Shown in pieces: positions 26,001-38,663 of a stretch of DNA of 64,000 nt (the first letter of the stretch is position 1; each line of letters opens with the position of its first letter). Location: NCBI GenBank assembly GCA_030704615.1, contig CM060732.1, positions 10,726,001 through 10,790,000 on the forward strand, written 5' to 3'. The position numbers and the translations under genes are program-made. Below the pieces are notes generated by a model. That model was not told the DNA's origin. It made no database searches and saw only the letters and a list, made by a program, of their open reading frames with translations. Origin of the DNA: Takakia lepidozioides. Its lineage: Eukaryota; Plantae; Bryophyta.

Positions 26001-27929
26001 CACTTGGTAATACTTTGTACCAATGCCTTTTCCCTCCACCAGGTAAGAAGTCTAGACCTCCCCTGCCTGTGGCAAAGAACACCCTGTTGCTCCGTTCTCC
26101 AGTTGACTTCAGCATCCCTGCTCTTTCTCAGCGCATAGTACCTACAGGCTTAGCGTTTGCCCTGCAGGTCATTTCCTCGAGGTTGAGGGCTGGAAAAAAC
26201 TTACCCTCCAAAAGCACTGTTTGGTTGCTTCTAGGGTTTTAGACAGGGGATTCAAGGGTGAGGTCAGGTTGCTGATTACTAATCCTGAACGCATTAGCAT
26301 CAGTGTCCACAGGGTCAGGTCCTTGCTAGGCTCACTGCTTCTCCTTTGTCTGGATTAGCCTCTGTTCAGAAAGGTCTTAGTCTTCATGATATTGGGCTGC
26401 TGGATTCCCCTGTGGACCAACTCCAGGCGTTTGCCTCTCATTCTGGTTCCACTGACAAAGGCCCGCTTACTCCTGAAGCAGAGCAACATTTCCAGCGGGT
26501 CTTAAAGGACATCAAGGTGGGTGATCACCTTGCTCCCCAACAGCTTAATCGCCTGCACCAGTTTCTACGTGACAACCTCGACATCTTTAGTCAAGGGCTT
26601 CATGACTTGGGCCGCACCACCCTTCTGGATCATGACATCATCACAGATGGTAAGCCTCTCAAACGACATGCTTACAGGGAGAGCGTTCGTGAGCGGCGCG
26701 CGCAAGGTCATTCAGGATGAGATTACCAAGATGCTTGATGCTGGTGTTATCACCCCCTCCATATCCCCTTGGGCCAGTCCCATTGCCTTGGTGGGTAAGA
26801 AGGATGGCTCAACCCGTTTTTGCATTGATTTTCGGCGTTTAAATGCCATCACTAAGAGGGATGTTTACCCTTTGCCATGCATCAATGAAACGCTAGATCA
26901 ACTTAATGGGGCCACTATCTTCTCTTCCTTAGATTTAGCCTCTGGCTTTTGGCAAGTTCCTTTAATTGCTGCTGCTAAGGAGAAAACTGCCTTCACCTGC
27001 AGGATGGGCCTCTTCCAATTTGAAACAATGCCTTTTGGCCTCTGCAACGCCACAACCACATTTCAGCGCCTTATGGATATAGTTTTAGGAAACCTTCGTT
27101 GGGAGTGTGCCTTGGTTTACATAGATGACATCAACATTCACTCTACCACGTTTGATGCTTATCTATTGGATTTACAGCGGGTTGTGTGCAGACTTCGTGC
27201 AGCTGGGCTTAAGGTTAAAGCCAAGAAGTTTGATTTTTGTATGGAACAGTGGGGTGAGGTTTTCTTCCCTAGGTTTTTTCATCCCTTGTGTGCCGAGTGT
27301 GTAGCTTGTTTTGGCTAGGCTTCATTTTTGTTCTCCCTGAGCTCATCACTCGCAGGAGCTCGCAGTTTCTTGTGGCCCCAGCAGGCTTCACATATGTGGA
27401 GCTGGGATTCTTTCTCACCTTACTTTTCGACATGGATGAATGGAGGAGGGATGCGCTCCGGATGATTTAAGGGATGGACGAAGCCAGGATGAAGTTTGGA
27501 TGAACTTACACCTTGCGCATGAGGATGAGCTGTCAACAGCCGATGGCTTTATTAGGGGCTGTCTTATTCTAACAGCTAGTTTAGGATTAGATTAGGATGG
27601 GACTGGGTGATCTGGCTTCTTTCTATGGCTGTGCTGGAATATGTAGGTGCCACACGGCACTAGGATTAGATTATGACCTAATACTATTTAAACCTCACTG
27701 CCGTGGCAGTGAGGGTGGTGGTTTTTTGGGTCTTACACGAGCGTACGTTGGGTGTAACAGTGTGCTTGAGTGGTTGGTTGAAAGTGTTTTGGAGGTCTGA
27801 GTTTGTGGTGTCCTCTTAATAAGATTCTGTCTTCTCTGCCAGGCCCATCTATCGACTACATTCCCCAGATAAGGTTAAGTCCGGTAGAGGAAAGAGAACA
27901 AACCCATAGCGCCGGAATCAGACTTCACG
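23091..27929 (+). mobile_element. Gypsy copy 2 (same family as 4426-12400): lacks the 5' LTR and PBS; RNase H and integrase deleted at ~27250; 3' LTR at 27395-27920
   Basis: Extra ORF, gag, protease (VIDTG), dUTPase-like region and RT are colinear with copy 1; the RT breaks at DFCMEQ and joins the 3' UTR. Confidence 0.9.
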
Positions 27930-29414
27930 CCCCCTTCTCTTATATATATATATATATATACACCGTTATTTGGCCTCTCATTTTACAATATTTGCGACCT
28001 TCTGGCGTGCGTGAGCTGACCGGTGGGCCCCGCGCATGGACGCCCGGCTCCCCCCCCCCCCCCGGCTGCTCGCGGTCGCCCAGCCACCCCCGCGGCAGCT
28101 CCGCCCGTGCCCCCAGTCCGCTGCCCTCCAGTCTACTATCAGTCCGCTGCCCCGCGTCCACCAGCCAGTCCGCCGACGGCGCCGGATCTGGACCATCCAT
28201 TTCAAAACCCATCCGATCCAAGCCCTCTTTTTTGAGGGCTGGGAAAATCTAAACCCTGCCACCAAAACCGGCCTCTCTCTTGTGAGGGCTCTTTGTTGTC
28301 CGATGTTGCGGTGGGCGTTTCCACGCACGCTGTCTTCTTCTTGTGCACGAGCGACGTTCATGATGATGAAGGGTGTGCCTGAACATGACAAGACTGGCGG
28401 GGCGGGCTCTACAGCCACCATCGTGCATATGCTTCCACTATTTTTGCCTTCTTGTTGTGCTTTAGGGAAGGTTAGGCTTTATGGTATGGTTGTATGTCAT
28501 AAAATTGCTACTGCCTTATCTGTCCTCCATATCGTCATCTGCTTCTGGTCCCTCATGATACCCCTTCGTACTGCAACGGACCCCATGAGGGCGGAAATCG
28601 CGGAAGCATATGCACATGGGGGCGTGTATACATTGCAGATTTCATATCGGACGATGGGACTGTTTAGGGGACGAAGTAAAACGGCTTGCAAGGAGCGTGC
28701 AGAAGTTTAGCAGAATGGAAATCCCGAAGATCCAACGCTTTGTGAAGGATCCAGATCATAAGATAGAGGGGTTGGCAGCAAACTCCAGCATTACTACTCA
28801 TGAGTCATCGTGTCAGCGGACAAGATCTTGTCCTACGGTCCTCAAACATCCATACACACTTGCGGAACCAGGCTGAGACATGTGCATTCCGCAAGTGCGC
28901 ATGGATGTTTGAGGCCCTTAGGACTGGATCATGTCCATTGATAATTGAGGACAATTGAGGACAACTGACTTTCATGTTAACCCTCACTCTCTTCTCCCGT
29001 CAGTCTTCTCGCTTCTTCTCTCCTAAGTCTGTTGAACCATCCGTCTACGAGACACTGGATCTCTATCGATATCAGTATGTTAGACTCACTTTATCAGTCT
29101 GTTCTGCTACGAGTCTGTTCACGTTGGCTCTGGTGGCCCACCACTGCATTGGATATGACGCTTTTCTGTTCAGTTTCTTCTCTCGACAGTCTCGTGAAAG
29201 TCGGTCTCTTCCAACATGTGTCTGTCTATCGGACGCTACTTTATCAGTCTGTTGTGCCGCCAGTCTATTTGCAATGGGTCTGTTGGGCCGGACTTTTCAC
29301 CATGTCCAAGTCTGCTACACCAATTAAATCATCTTTCGCGGCAGCAGGACACTCTCCCCATTTCGTTCGCATTTTTGTTTCAGTGCCCTCGATCCCATTT
29401 GACATTAGATCCTT

Positions 29415-29530
29415 GAGCTGAGCTCGACCAACTCTCTGTGGCTCAACCGGTAGGGCGCCTTGGCAGGTGGCTCCGATCCCGGTATCACCTCAATCTTGTG
29501 GTCAACTCCTCTTCGCGGAGGCAAGGAGCT
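29415..29530 (-). pseudogene. Short Gypsy pol fragment
   Basis: LPPRRGVDHKIEVIPGSEPPAKAPYRLS, the typical pre-RT segment. Confidence 0.75.
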
Positions 29531-30221
29531 CCTGGTGGATGAGTCAATCGTGGACTCTTGGGATCCCATTTGGAGACAGGTGAACAAATCCTTCGAACTT
29601 CTTCTCTCCAGGAAACCTTCGACGCAAGCATTCTCAAGGAAGATGTTTCACGTATGGGATGGCAACCACCAGTTGCTTGCATGGATGGCTGTCATTGGGA
29701 GGCTGCACTCACAGGAGGAAGAGTGGCATTACTGTGTTCGAACGATGGTGCTGGATTGTGACGCGAACATGATGGGGCTTCTGACGGCAATGAATGATGT
29801 GAACAGGTTGGTTTCTCATTCTACATGTTCCGGTTGTGGTTCCGTGGTTTTTTGCTTCAAATCATCTGTTGTCGGTTCTTGAATTTCATTCTGACTTTCA
29901 CACATCAATCTGCAGAGGGACGGAGACATCCCATGTGAAAACGAGTCCGGTTCACACTCTGTACAAGATACAGAGGATCGGCCAGATGCCCTTGAGCAAC
30001 TTCAAGACCATCCTTTCAGCAGAGACGTACAAGAAGTGCGAGAGCTCCAAGATATCAGAAACATGGTATTTGTTGACCCGTGAGGCTTTCATGGAGTATA
30101 TGTACGCGGTGAGATACATCTTCCATCATCTGGCCTTTGGGTGTTCCTGCTTTGAGATCTTTGTTTCTATTTGTTTCCCTTGCCCTTGTGTTAATGCATC
30201 TGTCGTGCATTCTCTTGCAGC
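29530..30221 (+). pseudogene. Fragment of a second ParB-like-domain gene (homolog of 57.9-58.7 kb), cut by a CACTA insertion at 30222
   Basis: KMFHVWDGNHQLLAW..WHY..AMNDVNR|intron|GTETSHV..HTLY..TWYLLT aligns with KMFFVWDGNHRLLAW..WHY..AMATSTR|intron|VTENAYV..HMLY..TWYRLT. Confidence 0.7.
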
Positions 30222-31960
30222 CACTACAGCAAATGGGGGGGGGGGGGTTTGCGACGCCAGCCGCGCCCCCACGCCCCGCGCGGCGCCGAGCGTGCGACGC
30301 CAACCCCGCGGAGCGTGTTTGCGACGCCGGGTCATCGCAGCCAAACCCCGCGGGAGTGAAACCTGGCGCCGGGGCTAGGCGGTGACGCCTGGCCGGCGCA
30401 CGGAGTGATGAAGGGAAAATGGCAGCCCTTCCGTGCGACGCCTAAGCGTCGCCCCCAGCGAAGGGGAGAAGGCAGCCCTTTCTGGCGACGGCCGGTAGTT
30501 GCATGCTGGAAAAAAAAAAACCATTTCTTGCCATTTCTTTCATCGCAGCCCTTTCTTGCGACGCCCGGCCGTCGCATGGTGGCATGAAGGGCAAAAGGCC
30601 CCTGCGACGGCCGGGTGTCGCAAACTGCCCGGCTGCCCTATTCTTTCAAAACAAAAAAACATGTCGCAGTTTGCGACGGTTGGCTGTCGCCGTTTGCGAC
30701 CCCCGGCCTCATAAATCCAAGAAAACGCGTCACAGTTGGCGACGCGTGGGGGTCGCAGGAGGCGACGGCGGGGCTTTCTAGGTTTAGGTTTAGGGCCTTT
30801 GGGGGTTCTTAGTTTTTTTTTTTTCATATGGTACTGGGGTAGGGTGTTTGTTTTTCTTTATGGTTTAGCTTGTTATTGTGGACCTTCTTGTAGATTGTGA
30901 CATTCATTTTGATAATTCTCTTGATACCACATCTGTATGTGTTGCTCCAACATATTCATTGCCTCTGCCTTCTTTCTTGAAAAACTACCAGCCACATCCA
31001 TATTTGATGAATCATAGAAATAAAGTACAATATGCATGTACATGTACAATCAATCGAAGGGATGGGTCCAGTTCGGTGCGAGAATTGCTATGTAGCTCTG
31101 ATTTTGTGTCTAATCAACTTGAACATCATCATCCGGAGCCTCTTCATCCTCATCAACTTGTAAGTCTTCTTGGTCATCGGAGTCATCGTCATAAATGGCC
31201 CGGCCCTCAAAAGGCACCTCCGAATCATCCTCCACCTCGTTGTCAATGGCCGTGTCTTCGTCTCCTTCTCCAACATCCGTATCTTTTAGAGCTTCATCAT
31301 ATAGGGTCCAGGATGCATTGTCCGGGGCGTCATCATCCTCTTCTACCCCCTCTACCCAACCTCCATCATCAACATCATTATGACCAGTCTCTCCCTCCAC
31401 CGCAATTGCCTCACCCCATGGAGATCCGAGACCATGATAGATACGTCTTCCTCTTGGCTGAGCATGCACAACCACCTTCCAATTCCCCCCTCTTGTTTGG
31501 TCATCGGAGAAGAAAACTGGCTCCATGTCTGAAGGCCGTGAAAAAGGCTCATCGGAGAGATGATGAGTAGGGTTGAGCCTATCTGCATTGACGCGCATGA
31601 AACCACAATCATCTTGCACTAGTGTTGCGGAGGGCCCCACAAGATGTGGCTGGAACCACCTTCCCTTGAAGAGAAGAGGCCGGTACCTTGTATACTGAAG
31701 TTGGAGTATGCTCTCAAGCTCTCCAATGTACTCAAGTTTGCTCATAGCAGGTCGTGTATCTCCCTTGCCCCACACGGAGTCTTGCCAATATGTGGCACAC
31801 AAGCCAGAATCAAAGGTTGTTTTGTGCTTCATGTCAAGAGCACGAATGCGAAAATGACGACCGTGAACCCAAACCGCCGTGTATGAGGTCGCGAATTGAG
31901 AGGGGCCCCTTGCAATGTCTTGCACCAAATCTAAAACCACCTCTCCTTGAGCAACGGCGT
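30222..31960 (-). mobile_element. CACTA/EnSpm element end: terminus at 30222, subterminal repeats 30235-30790, transposase C-terminal (DUF4216-like) ORF 31110-31940
   Basis: CACTACAGCAAATG(G)nTTTGCGACG; YIGELESILQLQY..LFKGRWF..DDCGF..DEPF..VFFSDD..WKVV plus an acidic tail. Confidence 0.8.
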
Positions 31961-33844
31961 CATAAACTGAAGCCCGAAGCCACTGTACTCATTTCAAAAC
32001 CAGATTGCAGGTTTGGGGATATTTCCCAGAATCAAGCTCATAGCACTTCAAGTTGAAACAGCCAGCCATTCATGCCTTAAGTATTTGCAAGTAGACACAA
32101 CACCTTAGCAAAACAAGTTGTGAAAACCAGATTGCAGGTCTTGGGACAGTCCCCAAGACTCATGCTCAAAAACAATTCAAGTTGAGTTTGAAACAGTCAA
32201 ACAAATATGCCTTAAGCATTTGCTGGTTTACATCATGTTTCCTCTTGCCCTATTGGCATGGTTCAAGACATGGTATATATCATGAGGCTGCATGCCAACA
32301 TCCAGGTTCTGAACAAGTCTTCTCCCTAGAGGCTATTGCTGGCCTGAAGGTGACGTTTCAGTGTCGTGTCACAAGCAGGAATCATAAAACAGAAGCAAGG
32401 CAAATTATCCCAAATTTGCCTGCTATCAGCCCTCAAATTCAGACTGCTATGAGAGCCTTAATGAGTGTGTGTGTTCCCTAAACAAGGCGTACCTGTTTGA
32501 CACAACAGAGTCAAGTTAAGAGGTTTCATTCCAAAGCTAGTTTGGTGATGTATCAATGCCAAACCACAAGCAATAAACATGAAACCTATGCAAGGTTGAG
32601 TGTTCCAAAATAGATCTAGGTCTTGAGTGGTATTCCAGAACCTCACAAAGAAACTCAGAAGAACCCTGCCTGCAGCCAGGCCTTTAAATTGAGAGTCTTT
32701 AACGGGCCAAGGCAAACAAAATCCAGATCTTGAGCATTTCACTTCCCTAAGAAACAGTACTGGTTTGAAGTTGATGTTTCAGAACCAAGATACAAGCAAG
32801 ATTCTTAAAAAGGAAGAAGAAACAACAGGGCTGAGCCCCCTTAAGCAGGTATAGGCCTGGAATGGTATTTTAAGGCCTCATAAAATAGCTCTGCCAAGGT
32901 GAAAGAGCAGCTCAGAAACCCCTGTTTGTTATCAAGCCATGAAACCAAAATGATATGAGGGCCTTGAAGAATGTGTGTTATCTATCAAAGCCTATCATTT
33001 TGATCCATCAAAGTCATACCAAGAAGTTTCATTTCAGAGCCAAGTATCAAAGCAGTCAGAGTAATAACTGCTATTTTGTACCCTTGTACCCTTCATAGCT
33101 CAACTCCTACACATGCAAATGTGATTGTAAAAAACCAGAAACAGGGGTAAGGAGAGAAGCAGATCCTCATTGGAGCCATCTTGGAGCAGGTCTGAAGCGG
33201 CATGGTGGCAGTTTGAAACAGCAAATGGCATCAGCAGCTTAGGCAGCAGCAATATCCACATTTGCAAGAACAGGAGCTGCAAGCTTCAAGAAATCAAGAC
33301 AAGTGAAGACCCTCACCTGTGCCCGTCCCAAAACCACCACATAGCGATGTGTGTTAGTGAGGATGCAGCAGGTGAGTGGCAGGTCTTCACAGTTGCTATC
33401 TATGTCAGTGTTGAATTCTAAAGCATGTACAGATCACAATTCAAGCAAGGGTAAACTCAAAAAACCTTGAGTGTTTGTGGTATGCCCTGCGCCATGGCGT
33501 CCAACAGATCGTCTCCAACAGAACGCAATCAAAGTAGAAGCGTTCACAGATAGAGAATGGCTCATACAAAAAGAGAGCAACATGTAATCTGTAGATAAAT
33601 AGGGATAGAGTACTTCCCAACGAGGAGTAAAAGCGCCGCTGCAAAATAAAGAACCATGAGTTTCTGGGCAAAACGATCATCGCTTTGTCGTCTGCCAGAG
33701 ATGAATCTGCCTAACCGCCAATGCGCATCCCAAGAGCCAGCCATCACGAGTACCATGTAGCAGCAGGGGAGCAAGTTTACACGGCGCATCATCAAGGTTC
33801 ACTGAAGCACGAGTTCAGTGCTGTGAAATGCGTCGGCCTGCTTA

Positions 33845-34826
33845 GGGCATAACTTCCCGATTTCTCATCCAGGGTGGATGAAAAATCACATTTTATCAAG
33901 AGAAGCACTTTGTCAATGGATAACATCCAATAAAAAGGTATCTTTTAGGGTTATGGTATAGGCTTAGGTTTAATAACTGTCATCATTTATGATGGTAGTT
34001 TTATTATCTTTTGGATTTTAAAATAGGTAACCATTATTCATGTAGTTCATCCAGTTTAGATGAAAGAAATAGATGGTAAACCAAGCTTTATGTACATTAA
34101 GTTTCATCATCCTATAATAATATCATCCAGATTTGGATGAAAAACTAAGTAACCTCAAAAGGTTAAGGCCAGATGAAATCCAAAGAGTTATAGAGGGAGA
34201 GGGAGAGAGGGAGAGAGAGGGAGAGAGAGAGGGAGTGAGAGGGAGAGATCAGGAAACAAAAAGAAACAGAGGAAGGTTGGGGGGGGAGTGACTGAGTAGC
34301 AACTGCTCAGTCCCCCCCCCCCCCCCCCCACCTTTTTGTTTTTTCTTTGTTGCCCTCTCTCTCTCTCTGGACACTGGGCTTATGGAATTGTTGTCCCGAC
34401 TTCCATCCTTGAGGAAATGAAAAAAATTGCAAAATTGGGTTGCAGGGAATTTTGGAGGTTCTTTATCCAAAATATATTTTTTAAATTATATTTTTAGTGA
34501 AATATTTCTTCACTAAAAAACCTGTGAGTTGCAAGACTCCCGTCATTTTCTACTTTTTCAATCCAACCTGGATGAAAAAAAGACCTCATCTGACAGGACC
34601 TAAATACAGGGCAAGACAGGTTTTTTTTATAAAAAAATCCCCTATGTTTTTCATCTAACCTAGATGAAATACGGACTACATCCGTTGAGTGCAAGACAGG
34701 ATGAAAGCACGATGTCTTTCATCTTCCACGAATGAGAAACGGACAACGGGCGGACAGACTGGCGGATGTTTTTCATCCTGAGAAGGATGGATGACGGGCT
34801 AGATAGGGGAAAACCCAGCGCAACCC
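33845..34826. repeat. Non-coding element rich in TCATCC/GGATGA motifs with a GA microsatellite; possible PIF/Harbinger-type MITE
   Basis: Many (T)TCATCC..GGATGA(A) motifs; TTA-GGG ... CCC-TAA ends, but the TIR match beyond 3 bp is poor. Confidence 0.3.
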
Positions 34827-35399
34827 TAATGTCTTTCTTTTTGCGCTGCGAGAGCGCGCGCGATGGCGGCTTGTGAGGAGCGATGGTGCTCGTGCTGCAG
34901 ATACCTGAGTTGCCAATCCTTGAGTGTTTATGGCTCCTGTGAGCGACGCCTGGGCGGGCTCTTTAAGGCGATGGCGGTGGCTTAGAGATGAGGGAAGACT
35001 CCCTGTCTCAGTTGTTTGTTTTTTTGCTGCACAAAAGGAACCGTGGCAGTGATGGCGGAGGCACCACCTGCATGCCTATGACGTTTCCCTAGGAGCCCTC
35101 CTCTGGATCTTTGATGAATGGCGGCACGAGGAAGTCTCTTTCCCTCCCTTTATAACCCCTACCTTTTGAGACCAAGTTTTTTTTCTTATGCTTGGCAAGA
35201 CCTAGCTTTGGTTAAGGTAGCAGTGCTATGGTGTTGGCGGAGTCCTCCCTGCACGGTTAGGCTTGTGGAGAGATGACGACTCTCCCCCAAACAGTAAAAA
35301 AAGTTTTTTTTCTGTTGATTTTGCTTCCTTGCTTCCTTTGGCATTCTCTGCGCTTAGATTGAAGTGTATTTGACCTCGATAGCAAGTGTGGAAGCCTGC

Positions 35400-37235
35400 T
35401 ACTCACCTCGTGCATCCTCATCTATACAACAATCTCTTCACTCTTGTCACGGATCACCAACCACTCAAGTGGTTGATGGAGTCAGACAAGCTTACGGGGA
35501 AGCTTGCACGGTGGGCACTTATACCAAGAGTATGACTTTCAGGTTGTGCATCGACCGGGTTTGGTCAATAAGGATGCGGATGGATTGAGTTGCAATCCAT
35601 GCACGAGCTAGCAAGATGACACTGGAGCTCGGTGGCATGGTGAGACGGACAAGGAGATGGTGTCGGGATGGCATGCATCTGCCTTTTTGTGTATCTTGGC
35701 ATCGGGAGGTCAGGTTGGACCTACAACACGGATGACTGTAGGTGGAGTGTCTGAGGACCTTGAGGCTAGTGATGAGCCAGGTGGTGCCAGAGATATACAT
35801 GAGGATTCGGTTGTGTTGGACTACCTCCGCACTGGAGACACGACAGCTAGTGTGACTGCCAAGGAGAGGGATCGGATTCTGCAACGAGCCAAGAGGTTCA
35901 AGTGGGAGGGGATACACCTACTTCGAGTGTGGGAGGATGGTCGGGTAGGGATCGTGCCTCACCCAACACAACGTGCACGGTTTGTGCGGCATGCCTATGA
36001 GGAGTTGGGGCATTTTGGAGTGCGACGCACTCATAGTTTACTGCAGGGGCAGTATTGGTGGCATGGTATGCACACAGATGTGCAACAATTTGTGGCTAGG
36101 TGCATGGTGTGTGACAGGGTGCGTGCTTCATTCAACGCCCCTACACCACAGTTGCATCATTTACTCATCATGGGATTGGGCTACAGGTGGAGTCTTGACT
36201 TTGCAGGGCCGTTGCCACTGACGATGCGCCACCACATATATGTGTTGGTGATGGTGGAGCATTTCTCCAAGTGGATTGAGTTGGTTCCATTGCCTGACAA
36301 GGCTAGTGAGGGGGCTACGTATGCATTCTTGGATCGTGTACTTAGCCGATTCGGTGCTCCAGCTGAGGTACTCATGGACCAAGAGAGAGAGTTCTTGGGG
36401 GAGTTTCAGGCTTTGTGTGATAAAGCCTTGATAGACCACCGTACCACTTCTTGGGACCATCCTGAGGCCAATGGCTTGGCAGAGATAGTGGTTCAGACAG
36501 TGAAGAGGGGTTTGCGTAAGTATGGTTTGCAAAAGGGACACCTAGGAGATTGGGATCTTCAGGTACCTTGGTTAGCCATGGGCTACAGGTTTAGCAAGCA
36601 AGCATCACTTGCCTCCTTCTCACCATATTTCCTTCTCTTTGGCCGAGAGCCGGATTTGCCTGCATCTATTCGTAGGGAGGCTGCAGTAGTCCTGAACCTT
36701 GATGATCCGGATGTGTGGACACAGGCATGTGCCCAGCGGGCAGAGTTGTTCAAGAGAGTCATGCCTATGGTTTTTGAGAATCTTGCTATTGCCCAACATC
36801 GAGACACATTGAGGTATGCCACTATAAGTGGAGGGGGATATCGGCCAGGTGTTCGGCGTTTCCACCCTGGGGACTATGTGTATCTGCAGCAGACAGCGCC
36901 TACGACCTTGGATGTCACCGCAGGACGTGTGATTCTAAGGGTCAGGGAGGTGTTGCCTTCAGGAGTGTTGATTCTGGAGGGTCCAGATGGCATGGTATGG
37001 AAGGACCATGTGCGTAATTGTACGTCATGTCACCTTCCACATGTGGATAGGATGATAGATCCCAACCTTGCAGTGGTACCTGCAGGGTTGCGTTGCATGC
37101 TATGTGGGCATGCTTGTGGTGCCGCCACTATGCTGGTGTGTGATCGATGCTCAAGAGGTTGGCACATGGGATGCTTGATACCACCTCTTGAGGGGGTTCC
37201 TGATGGAGATTGGTTATGTTAACGCTGCTTGGGAT
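35400..37235 (+). pseudogene. Ty3/Gypsy RNase H end plus integrase with a C-terminal PHD finger
   Basis: GKLARWALI..YDF; H..LGHFG..CMVC; SLDFAGPL; VLMDQ; HPEANGLAE; C-terminal CMLC..LVCDRC..WHMGCL.PPL..VPDGDWLC*RC (C4HC3). Confidence 0.9.
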
Positions 37236-37497
37236 AGTGGCAGTGGATATGACTAGTGGCAGCTAACAAGACATGGGAGGCCAAGCTCATAAGAGTCAAT
37301 ACCCGAGATCTCAGGCTCAAGTTCACAGGTTGCAAGACGGCGATTAATGATGGGGCAACTCTTGTATCCGGCCTCTTGATCTATCGAGTTTGAGTGTAGT
37401 AGGGACAGTGGTGGAGGACTTAGTGAGGCTATGGCCACTATCACATCTTGTGGCTACCTGGACTTAGAGGGACCTAAGCGCCAGCTAGGGGGGCGAT

Positions 37498-37833
37498 TGT
37501 GATGGACTAGTGGCTGCACTAGTGGTGACTACTGGTTATCTAGTGGCAGCCTAGTGGTGGACTAGTGAAAGACTAGTGTTTGGTGTGCAAATATATTGTG
37601 TGGTTTTGGACAGCGATGTAGTTGTGTAGCGATATGTATGCGCACGACAGCTGTCAAGTTATTTTACCACTAGTGTAAAGTTAGCTGGGAAATAGCTAGT
37701 TTTTATATATTGACATTTGGGATTGACCCAAGTGTCAATCCAGGGGCCAATACATGTTTGGGCACCTGACGTTGTTATCTTCACGGCAGATCGCGGTGGG
37801 CTCATCTTTCTCGAGTTGAGCCTCACCGTAACA
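37498..37833 (+). repeat. Single LTR (336 bp) between the upstream integrase and a downstream gag
   Basis: PPT-like AGGGGGGCGAT, then TGTGATGG...CCGTAACA with imperfect terminal inverted repeats. Confidence 0.65.
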
Positions 37834-38663
37834 AAGTGGATTACTCCCCTGCAGGTAATCTTTTCTGGTTTTCAGCCCAATTCTTAACTTTGGGGGAGAC
37901 CAGCCTGCAGGTAATTCCTTTGGACAGAATGTTGTTGGGGCCTATATGTACCTCTATTTGCTCCATTTTTTAACCTTCAGTGAATGGCGTGGTTTCCTGA
38001 GGTGGTTCCATTTTGAGGAATGGCTAGTGGACGTAAAGAGGCACTGGCGGACCCTGTGGAGGCTTGCATGGGGCCTTGGAGGCCAAGTTTCATGAGCTCG
38101 TGGAGGGCGGTTTGAGGAGTGTCTACAGGATGCTCCCATGGTCATGCAAGTGAGAGAAGTGAGAAAAAAGAGGGTGTTGGGATGAGAGCATGCTGGGGAT
38201 AGGCATTGCTTTAGCTTCCCTTCCTCGTAGCTTTCCACCTTCTCTGTAGGCCGAGACCTTTCCATAGGTGGAGGCAAGAGTCAGTCCGGTTTTGGGCTGG
38301 GTTGCAGGAGCGACACTGTGGAGTTGTTTTTGGTGTGGGGGAATTGTTGTTTTCATTCTTGTGTTTGGATCCCCTCCACACCTGCATGCTTGATTGTGCG
38401 CCATGCTAGTTTTGTGTGGGCGCTTGATTTTATAGGTGGTTGACTCGGGCTTGATCGCCGATCCAACCCTAGAGCATGCTGTCGATGGTGAGGCTGGGTT
38501 GATGACCAGTCAGACCATCTTTGTTTCTCTTGTGGTGAGGTTGGAGGTAATGACCAGCCAACCATGGGAGTGCCTGCGGTGGATACAGGTGCAGGTGCAG
38601 GCTATGTTAGGAACCTAGTATTCCAAACCATAAGCCGCATCAGGTTCTCTACCCGGTTATCTT

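Noticed and set aside
21880-31960. CACTA ends at 22296 and 30222 as the two termini of one element that owns the ParB fragment
   Set aside because: The termini face away from each other, the flanking trinucleotides differ (TAT versus AGC), and the 30222 end interrupts the ParB-like gene.
37837-37860. PBS complementary to the U1 snRNA 5' end
   Set aside because: The resemblance is to the vertebrate rather than the plant U1 sequence and is largely explained by a splice-donor-like CAGGTAA.
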